Positions 39,820 through 47,490 of a DNA stretch of 64,000 bases are shown here, in pieces. Where the stretch lies: positions 289,275-353,274 of the forward strand of contig JAUYJS010000008.1 of assembly GCA_030698565.1 (NCBI GenBank), read 5' to 3'. This DNA comes from Candidatus Shapirobacteria bacterium (GTDB lineage Bacteria > Patescibacteriota > Microgenomatia > UBA12405). The notes below the pieces were generated by a model that ran no database searches, was not told the origin of the DNA, and saw only the letters and a list, made by a program, of their open reading frames with translations. Within the stretch, counting starts at the first letter, position 1, and each line of letters begins with the position of its first letter. The translations under genes were made by a program, and so were the position numbers.

Positions 39820-41952
39820 ATGGTTCAAGAAAAAAAACAGGAAATTTTAATTGGTAGCAAGAAAGTCATTTTATCAACTGGAAAATTAGCTCCACAAGCC
39901 AATGCTGCCGTCACTGCCCAATACGGCAATACTATTGTTTTGGCCACTGTTGTCATGGGAAAAGTTGATAGAACCAAAGATTATTTTCCTCTTTCACTTG
40001 AATTCATGGATAAATTTTATGCCGGTGGTATTGTTAAGGGCGGTAAGTGGGTAAAAAGAGAGACTAGTCCTTCGGACACAGCCGTTCTTTTTGGTCGAAT
40101 TATTGACCGATCTGTTCGTCCTCTTTTCCCAAATGGTTTTCAAAATGAAGTCCAAATTATCATCACTATTTTAAGTAACGACAAAGAAAACGACGTTATT
40201 ATACCTAGTTTCTTAGCCGCTTCAGCAGCCCTTTCCATTTCCAATATTCCTTTTAATGCTCCAGTTTCAGCTGTTCGAGTTGGATTAATTGACGGCCAAT
40301 TAGTCGTCAATCCTAGCTTAAGCGATCTAGAGAAATCCCAAGTCGACCTTTTGGTTTGTACTGGATCCGAGGGTATCAACATGATCGAAGCTGCCAGTAA
40401 TATCGTTGACAACGACACTATGATTAAAGCCATTGAATTGGCCAAAACCACAACTGATGATGTTAACAAACAATTAGTTGAATTTGCCAAAAGCTTTGCT
40501 TGTAAAAAAGTTGAATTTGAAATAGTATTGCCCTCAGAAGATTTACAAAACGAAGTCGAAAATTTAATCAAAGACGACGTCCTTAAATTTTTAGAAAATG
40601 GCGGCGAAGATAATCATAGTAGTGGTCAAGATGCCATTAAAGACAAGGTTAAAACAGCTTTTGAAGCCAAAATTAAATCTGAAGAAGTTTCTGAAAATAT
40701 TTTGGTTCAAGCCGCCGACAATGTTATCAAAAAATATTTCCGTACCAGAACTTTAGCGGGTACCAGATTTGACAAGCGTCAATACGACCAACTTAGAGAA
40801 TTAAATACAGAAGTTGGGATATTACCTTGCACTCACGGTTCAGCTATTTTTCAAAGAGGTTTAACTCAAGCTTTGACAGTCACCACTCTTGGTACTCTTG
40901 CTGACAAACAATACCTAGAAGATTCTTTAGGTGAAAGTTCCAAAAGATACATTCACTTTTACTCTGCTATGCCTTTTTCTACCGGTCAAACTGGTAGAGT
41001 CGGCCGACCGGGCAGAAGGGAAGTTGGACACGGTGCTTTGGCTGAAAAAGCCCTACTTCCAGTCATTCCTTCCGAAGATGAATTTCCATATACAATCGTA
41101 TTAACCTCTGAAGTTTTATCTCAAAACGGTTCCTCTTCAATGGCTTCCACTTGTGGTTCCACCCTGTCTCTTATGGACGCCGGTGTACCTATCAAGGACA
41201 AAGTTGCTGGAATTTCAGTAGGTATGGTTTCAGATGACACAAAATATATTTTGTTAACCGATATTGCTGGTATTGAAGACCACAACGGCGACATGGATTT
41301 CAAAATCACTGGTACTAGAACTGGAATTACTGCCATCCAATTGGACATCAAACGTCAAGGTTTGACCATGGATATGATCAAGGACACTTTTGTTGCCAGC
41401 ACCAAAGCCAGACTCCAAATCTTAGATAAGATTGACGAAACAATGACTGTCCCAAGAGATCACGTTTCCGCTTTTGCTCCAAAAATAAAAATAGTTAAAT
41501 TACCTGAAGATAAAATTGGTGAAGTTATCGGTAGCGGTGGTAAAACTATCAAGGGATTAATGGAGAAATACCAAGTTCAAATCGATATTGATGACTTCGG
41601 TAGTGCTTCTATTTCATCCTTAGATCAGGAAAGTATTGACAAAGCTGCTTATGAAATCGAATCAATGATCAAAGAAATTCAAATCGGTGAAGAATACGAT
41701 GGTGTTGTTACTCGAGTTGAAAACTACGGTGCCTTTGTTGAATTTTTACCAGGCAGAGAAGCTTTATTGCACGTATCTGAATTATCTGGCGGATTTTTAG
41801 CTAGCCCAGCTACCATAATTAAGGTTGGTGACAAGATTCACGTTCGTGTCTCTGGTTTCAACGATAATCATCAAATAAAATTAGCAGCTCCAGAATTCAA
41901 AGCTCTTCACCCAGGTGAAGCCAGACCTCAACAAGGTAACTATAATCGATAA
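39820..41952 (+). CDS. pnp: Polyribonucleotide nucleotidyltransferase (PNPase)
   Basis: Two RNase PH domains, KH and S1 C-terminus, 710 aa, following rpsO. Confidence 0.95.
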   Translation: MVQEKKQEILIGSKKVILSTGKLAPQANAAVTAQYGNTIVLATVVMGKVDRTKDYFPLSLEFMDKFYAGGIVKGGKWVKRETSPSDTAVLFGRIIDRSVRPLFPNGFQNEVQIIITILSNDKENDVIIPSFLAASAALSISNIPFNAPVSAVRVGLIDGQLVVNPSLSDLEKSQVDLLVCTGSEGINMIEAASNIVDNDTMIKAIELAKTTTDDVNKQLVEFAKSFACKKVEFEIVLPSEDLQNEVENLIKDDVLKFLENGGEDNHSSGQDAIKDKVKTAFEAKIKSEEVSENILVQAADNVIKKYFRTRTLAGTRFDKRQYDQLRELNTEVGILPCTHGSAIFQRGLTQALTVTTLGTLADKQYLEDSLGESSKRYIHFYSAMPFSTGQTGRVGRPGRREVGHGALAEKALLPVIPSEDEFPYTIVLTSEVLSQNGSSSMASTCGSTLSLMDAGVPIKDKVAGISVGMVSDDTKYILLTDIAGIEDHNGDMDFKITGTRTGITAIQLDIKRQGLTMDMIKDTFVASTKARLQILDKIDETMTVPRDHVSAFAPKIKIVKLPEDKIGEVIGSGGKTIKGLMEKYQVQIDIDDFGSASISSLDQESIDKAAYEIESMIKEIQIGEEYDGVVTRVENYGAFVEFLPGREALLHVSELSGGFLASPATIIKVGDKIHVRVSGFNDNHQIKLAAPEFKALHPGEARPQQGNYNR

Positions 41953-41971
41953 TTCAAGGTATACTTTTTAA

Positions 41972-43033
41972 ATGAGATCTAGTTTAGTCACGTCGGATCA
42001 GGCGATTGATAAGTTAATTGTCAAAACCGAAACGGCAAATTTACCCGCAGGTTTAGAGGAAAAAGTCGACGAAATTTATTCCCAATTAAAACTAAATTCC
42101 AAGGCCCCTGAAATATTTTGGGAAAGTTATGAAAGAGTCGCCAAATATATTGACTGGGTAGTTAAACTACCTTGGGAAAAATCCAGCAAAGATATTTTGG
42201 ATATAAATTACGCCAAAGAAAAACTAAACGAGGGTCATCATGGTTTGACCGATATCAAAGAAAGACTTTTGGAGTACATTTCAGTCTTAGCCTTGCAAAA
42301 AGCCCGTAATCCAGAAAAAGATATCCGGGCGCCTATTTTACTTTTTGTTGGCTTAGTTGGTACTGGCAAAACTACCATGGCTCAGTCTATTGCTCATGTA
42401 TTAAACCGCGAATTTGTCAGAATCCCATTTGGTGGACTAGGAGATCCGGCTTATTTAAGGGGTATCTCCAGAATTAACCCCGAATCAGAACCAGGCCAAA
42501 TAATTAAAGCCTTAATTTCAGCCAAAACAAAAAACCCAGTAATTCTTTTAGATGAAATTGATCGTGTGGCTGATGAAGCCCTAAACACAGTTATGGGTGT
42601 GTTGGTTGAGCTTTTAGATCCGGAACAAAATCATAAATTTACTGATAATTACATTGATTATCCTTTTGATTTATCCCAAGTTTTATTTTGCGCCACTTGC
42701 AACAACACGACTCGAATTGCTACCGCTGTTATGGACCGTCTCGAACCAATTCAAATGCCTTCTTATAATGACGAAGAAAAAATTGCCATTGGTCGTGATT
42801 ATATTTTGGGTAAGGCCATAACCGAAGCTGGTCTGACTTCTCAAGAGTTAAAAATTAGCGACAGTGTTTGGCCCCAAATAGTTCGTCCGCTTGGATTCGA
42901 TGCTGGCGTTCGTACTCTAAAGCGCAATATCGAAGGTCTGTGCCGCAAGGTTGCCAAAATGATTTTTGAAGGCCAAGTCACCCAAGTAGCCATTGATGAG
43001 ACCAATATTAAACAATATCTACCTCAATGGTAA
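41972..43033 (+). CDS. Lon-family AAA+ ATPase module without the N-terminal LAN and C-terminal protease domains
   Basis: Aligns with the Lon ATPase core (LLFVGLVGTGKTTMAQSIA...FVRIPFGGLGD...LLDEIDR...LDPEQN...F.D.Y...DLS.VLF.AT.N). The ORF ends after the alpha-helical subdomain, and the next gene is rnj. Confidence 0.7.
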   Translation: MRSSLVTSDQAIDKLIVKTETANLPAGLEEKVDEIYSQLKLNSKAPEIFWESYERVAKYIDWVVKLPWEKSSKDILDINYAKEKLNEGHHGLTDIKERLLEYISVLALQKARNPEKDIRAPILLFVGLVGTGKTTMAQSIAHVLNREFVRIPFGGLGDPAYLRGISRINPESEPGQIIKALISAKTKNPVILLDEIDRVADEALNTVMGVLVELLDPEQNHKFTDNYIDYPFDLSQVLFCATCNNTTRIATAVMDRLEPIQMPSYNDEEKIAIGRDYILGKAITEAGLTSQELKISDSVWPQIVRPLGFDAGVRTLKRNIEGLCRKVAKMIFEGQVTQVAIDETNIKQYLPQW

Positions 43034-43250
43034 AGTATGAAAATTAAATTAAATAAACACAATTTGCCTTTTTCAAAAGACTCTGCTAAACTTTCACATA
43101 AACTTTTGGACCCGGTAACTTTGAATAGGATCCTTGATAAAATTATTAGTCATACTCATAGACAGATTAATTTCAATCTCTACTGACCTAAAAAAACTGG
43201 TCCCTATTTTGGGCTAGTTAAAAGTTTTAAAAATTATTAAAAATTAAATT

Positions 43251-45014
43251 ATGAACAATCAAAATATTGATCAAAACAAAGTGCCTCAAAACTTTTCTAA
43301 AGCAAAGCCCCAAGTTAGGGAATTTAGAAAAAATTATGATTCAGTTAGAATTTCTGCCCTAGGAGGCTTTGGTGGTGTGACTCAAAACATGTACGCCTAC
43401 GAATATATACCCAACGGCGATACTAGTAAAAGCCAAATAATTATTGTCGACTGTGGCGTTGGCTTTCCCGAAGAAGATGCTTTTGGTGTCGATTTACAGA
43501 TTCCCGACACTCATTATCTTGAAGACAAAAAAGACCGAATCTTGGGTATATTTATTACTCACGGCCACGAAGACCACATTGGCGCAATCAGGTTCATCTT
43601 GCCTATTTTAGGCAAAGAAATTCCGATTTATGCGCCCAAATTGGCGGCTGCATTTATAGAATCCAGATTGAGCGAAATTAGCATGCAATCCAATCTTCAC
43701 GTTTATGAAGATAACACCCCTCCAATGGTCAAGGGCCATTTTACTGTTGATCCTATTCGCGTAACCCACTCAATTCCCGACACTTATCATTTTGCTATCA
43801 CTACACCGATTGGTATTATTTACCATGGTTCTGATTTTAAATTCGACCTTTTCCCATTAGATGGCAAAGGTGTCGATTATCGACATATTGCCCGCATTGG
43901 TGAAAAAAAAGTTCTAGTTTTATTATCAGATAGTTTAGGTTCCGATCACGAAGGTTATTCTCCTTCAGAAAGTTCCATTGCAGAACACTTTAAAAGAGAA
44001 ATTGTTGGAGCCAAAGGTAGGGTATTTGTTACCTCGATCTCCAGCAATATTGTTCGTTGGAGTCAAGCGATTGAATACGCCAAGGGTAGTGGTAAAAAAA
44101 TAGTAGTTGTTGGATTTTCAGTTGAAAAAGCAATTAGTATCGCCAAAGACTTAGGTTATCTAAAATTAAATGACAATGATATTATTCCGGTCGATAGAGC
44201 CAAAAATTTTCCTGATAGCAAATTACTTTTTTTAGTAGCCGGCTTTGCCGGTCAACCCGATTCGGCTTTAAGTAAAATGGTAATGGGTAAACATCGGATT
44301 AAAATAAAATCTGGCGACAAAGTTATCTTTTCTTCTCCTGATTATATTCCAGGTACAACTTCAAATATTTACAGCATGATCGATGTCTTATCTAAAATGG
44401 GTGCCGAGGTTTCTTATGGTGAAAAGGAAGAACTTCATGTGTCCGGTCATGGTTACCAAAAAGAACAGGCTCTCCTCATTAGCCTTTTAAGTCCTAAATA
44501 TTTACTCCCAATCGGCGGTAATTATCGTCATCAAAAAAGTTACCAAACAATGGCAAAATCTTTGGGTTATCCAGAAGAAGACGTAATTACTCCAGATTAT
44601 GGTACTTCGGTTACTTTTAATGGTAATGGTAGTTATGATACTTCTTTCCATATTCCATTAAGAAAGATATTGATTGACGGTTTGGGTGTAGGCGATGTTG
44701 GTACTACGGTTTTACGAGATCGTAAATTACTCGCTGGCGACGGTATGTTCTCAGTTGTCTTGCTCATAAACGGACAAACGGGTGAATTAACCAAAGATCC
44801 TGTAATTCTAAGTCGCGGATTCGTTTTTATGAAAGAAAATACCGAATTGATGAATTTTATAAAACAGGAAGTTGTTAATAAATTCAAAGAATCAACCAGT
44901 GCTCCGGCTAATTTTGATTTTATACGCGAACAAATTCAAGCTTATATCGAAAGCATAATTTACGAAAAAACCGGCCGCCAACCAATGGTTTTGCCGTTGG
45001 TAATTGAGGTATAA
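43251..45014 (+). CDS. rnj: Ribonuclease J (metallo-beta-lactamase/beta-CASP)
   Basis: RISALGGFGGVTQNMYAYEY, ITHGHEDHIGAI, 587 aa. Confidence 0.9.
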   Translation: MNNQNIDQNKVPQNFSKAKPQVREFRKNYDSVRISALGGFGGVTQNMYAYEYIPNGDTSKSQIIIVDCGVGFPEEDAFGVDLQIPDTHYLEDKKDRILGIFITHGHEDHIGAIRFILPILGKEIPIYAPKLAAAFIESRLSEISMQSNLHVYEDNTPPMVKGHFTVDPIRVTHSIPDTYHFAITTPIGIIYHGSDFKFDLFPLDGKGVDYRHIARIGEKKVLVLLSDSLGSDHEGYSPSESSIAEHFKREIVGAKGRVFVTSISSNIVRWSQAIEYAKGSGKKIVVVGFSVEKAISIAKDLGYLKLNDNDIIPVDRAKNFPDSKLLFLVAGFAGQPDSALSKMVMGKHRIKIKSGDKVIFSSPDYIPGTTSNIYSMIDVLSKMGAEVSYGEKEELHVSGHGYQKEQALLISLLSPKYLLPIGGNYRHQKSYQTMAKSLGYPEEDVITPDYGTSVTFNGNGSYDTSFHIPLRKILIDGLGVGDVGTTVLRDRKLLAGDGMFSVVLLINGQTGELTKDPVILSRGFVFMKENTELMNFIKQEVVNKFKESTSAPANFDFIREQIQAYIESIIYEKTGRQPMVLPLVIEV

Positions 45015-45106
45015 AAATATAATACGCCCCTACAATGGGTGTAATTTAATAAAAAATTTGACGACAGCACGTCATTTTACATACTTGCCCGCATTTTCTA
45101 TTCCGT

Positions 45107-45227
45107 GTAGAGACGCCAGATCTGGCGTCTCAATCAATGAATCAATATGATTTTGTAGAGACGCATTGTATGCGTCTCAAACATAAAATACGACACGTTG
45201 TAGAGACGCGATTAATCGCGTCTCTAC
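45107..45227. repeat. Cluster of three REP family A hairpins (45107-45132, 45155-45178, 45200-45227): GTAGAGACGC-loop-GCGTCTC(TAC), with 21-22-bp spacers, upstream of the RAYT gene
   Basis: Identical stems with three different palindromic loops (CAGATCTG, ATTGTAT, GATTAATC). All begin with the GTAG tetranucleotide characteristic of RAYT-associated REPs. Confidence 0.7.
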
Positions 45228-45266
45228 CTGTAACACATTAATGTAAATTACATTACAATTAAATTA

Positions 45267-45827
45267 ATGCCTGTTGATAATCCAGATTTATTTGCTGATA
45301 AATTTCGAGTCAAATCTGCAAGATTAGAAGGAAGGGATTATTCCTTGCCAGGGTTTTATTTTATAACCATTTGTACCCATAACAAAAATAAATTCTTCGG
45401 AAAAATTATTAATGGGAAAATAAAATTGTCCAAAGTGGGGAAAATTGTTGAAACGAATATGATTTTATTATCAAACCGTTTTAACAATATTGTAATTGAT
45501 ATATTTGTAATCATGCCAAATCATATTCATATTGTTTTTAAAATTAATAAATGCAGTAATGAATTTTTGGGTAGAGACGCGATTAATCGCGTCTCTACAA
45601 ACCAAATAAATATTATTCCAAACCCAATGAAACAATTCTCATTAGGAACGGTTATTCGATATTTTAAAGCAAAAGTAAAATTTGATACTAACCGCCAAAA
45701 ATTATTTTTCACCTGGCAATCCCGATATTATGATCGGATTATCCGGACAGAAAAGGAATATTGGGCGATTAAACAATATATTGATAATAATCCCAAAAAT
45801 TGGCAGAAAGATGTTTGTTATAAATAA
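45267..45827 (+). CDS. REP-associated tyrosine transposase (RAYT; IS200/IS605-like Y1 HuH transposase)
   Basis: Collinear with E. coli RayT/YafM (GFYFITICTHNKNKFF ~ WFFTVNLRNRR; HuH motif MPNHIHIVF ~ LPEHMHCIW; RYYDRIIRTEKEYWAIKQYIDNNP ~ RFWEHAIRNTKDYRHHVDYIYINP). Flanked upstream by REPs. Confidence 0.8.
   Translation: MPVDNPDLFADKFRVKSARLEGRDYSLPGFYFITICTHNKNKFFGKIINGKIKLSKVGKIVETNMILLSNRFNNIVIDIFVIMPNHIHIVFKINKCSNEFLGRDAINRVSTNQINIIPNPMKQFSLGTVIRYFKAKVKFDTNRQKLFFTWQSRYYDRIIRTEKEYWAIKQYIDNNPKNWQKDVCYK
45571..45598. repeat. REP family A copy inside the RAYT ORF, in frame (encodes GRDAINRVST); identical 28-mer to the 45200-45227 copy
   Basis: Exact repeat GTAGAGACGCGATTAATCGCGTCTCTAC. The reading frame is maintained across it. 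Confidence 0.65.
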
Positions 45828-46074
45828 ATTTAATTCTTACAACAACCTTTTTCCAGGATAATCAGGGTCGATATTATTCAAATTTGGACAATTTGACCTT
45901 CTAGCTTCAATTGTCGATTATGATCGTCAAACTGTTTTACTTCGTCAGCGATTGATTCAGCAATTATTCTGAATTGACACATCTTCTCTCTGTTGCAAAA
46001 TGGACATATTTTTTCCACAAGCGATTATATCAAATACGAAACCCACCAGAGGCTGTTTTAATGTAAAATAGGCT

Positions 46075-47490
46075 ATGAAAGAACTAGTTAAAAAATCAGC
46101 CGATTTATCAGAATGGTACAACAATATAGTTTTAAAAGCCGAACTTGCCGACTATGCCCCGGTCAAAGGTTGTATGGTAATTCGTCCTTATGGTTATGCT
46201 ATTTGGGAAGGCATCCAAAATTTCTTGGATAAGTTAATCAAAGATCGCGGTGTTAAAAATTCTTATTTTCCTTTATTTATTCCCGAAAGTTTTTTGAACA
46301 AAGAAAAGGAACATGTAAAAGGATTTTCTCCTGAATTAGCAGTAGTTACTATCGCTGGCGGCGAAAAATTAAAAGAAAACTTAATTGTCCGTCCGACTTC
46401 CGAAACCATTATGTATGATATGTTTAGAAAGTGGACTTCGTCATGGCGGGATTTACCAATTTTAATGAATCAATGGTGCAATGTTGTTCGTTGGGAACAG
46501 AGGACATATCTCTTTTTAAGAACCTCAGAATTTTTGTGGCAGGAAGGCCATTGTGCCCATCTTACTCACAAGGAAAGCTCAGACATGGTGTTGTGGGCTC
46601 TGGATACATATCAAAAAACTTATACCGATCTTTTGGCCATGTATGGTTATGCCGGAGTCAAAAGCGAATCGGAAAAATTTGCCGGTGCTGGTAAAACGTA
46701 TACCTTCGAATGTTTAATGCCCAATGGCAAAGCTCTCCAGGCCTGCACTTCTCATGATTTAGGTCAAAATTTTGCCAAATCTTTTGATTGGACGGTTCAA
46801 GATAAAAATGGAGATAAAATTAATCCTTGGCAAAATAGTTGGGGATTTTCTACTAGAAGCATTGGTGGATTAATTATGGTTCACGGCGATGATTCCGGAT
46901 TAGTATTTCCTCCTCAAATTGCACCAACTCAAATAGTTATAGTTCCTATACCTGCTCACGAATTAGCCAAAGAATTATCCGAATCAATATACAAAAATCT
47001 TAAAAATGAATTCAGAACAGAAATTGATTTGGTCGAGCAAGAATCCGCCGGTTTCAAATTTAATAAATGGGAAATGAAAGGTGTTCCTGTGAGGATAGAA
47101 ATTGGAGACAGGGAAGCCAAGGAAAATAAGGTCGTTTTATTTCGCCGTGATACTAGTGAAAAAATGATTATTGACGTTAAAGATTTAAATTCCAAAATAA
47201 CTGAAGTTTTAAAAGACATTCAAAATGAATTATTTCTAAAACATAAAAAATTCACTCTGGATAATACTTTTAAAGTTGACACTTATGAAGAATTTAAAAA
47301 AATTATGAATACAACTAAGGGTTTTATATCTGCCCTTTGGTGCGAAGATGCAGAATGCGAATCCAAGATTAAAGAAGAAACAAAAGCTACTACCAGGTGT
47401 TTACCTTTAGAAAATAAACCTGAAAAGGGAGTATGTGTTTGTTGTGGTCGGCCGGCTAATCATCGTTGGCTCTTTGCACAATCATATTAA
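46075..47490 (+). CDS. proS: Proline--tRNA ligase, archaeal/eukaryotic type with a C-terminal zinc-binding domain
   Basis: Collinear with archaeal-type ProRS (RPYGYAIWE, RPTSET, NQWCNVVRWE, FLRTSEFLWQEGH, C-terminal CVCCG...Y). Confidence 0.85.
   Translation: MKELVKKSADLSEWYNNIVLKAELADYAPVKGCMVIRPYGYAIWEGIQNFLDKLIKDRGVKNSYFPLFIPESFLNKEKEHVKGFSPELAVVTIAGGEKLKENLIVRPTSETIMYDMFRKWTSSWRDLPILMNQWCNVVRWEQRTYLFLRTSEFLWQEGHCAHLTHKESSDMVLWALDTYQKTYTDLLAMYGYAGVKSESEKFAGAGKTYTFECLMPNGKALQACTSHDLGQNFAKSFDWTVQDKNGDKINPWQNSWGFSTRSIGGLIMVHGDDSGLVFPPQIAPTQIVIVPIPAHELAKELSESIYKNLKNEFRTEIDLVEQESAGFKFNKWEMKGVPVRIEIGDREAKENKVVLFRRDTSEKMIIDVKDLNSKITEVLKDIQNELFLKHKKFTLDNTFKVDTYEEFKKIMNTTKGFISALWCEDAECESKIKEETKATTRCLPLENKPEKGVCVCCGRPANHRWLFAQSY

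Noticed and set aside
45107-45227. Three similar about 26-bp repeats separated by 21-22-bp spacers looked superficially like a mini CRISPR array
   Set aside because: Each repeat is a hairpin palindrome with a different loop. Repeat and spacer lengths are too short. No cas genes or leader are nearby, and the adjacent gene is a RAYT. These are REP elements.
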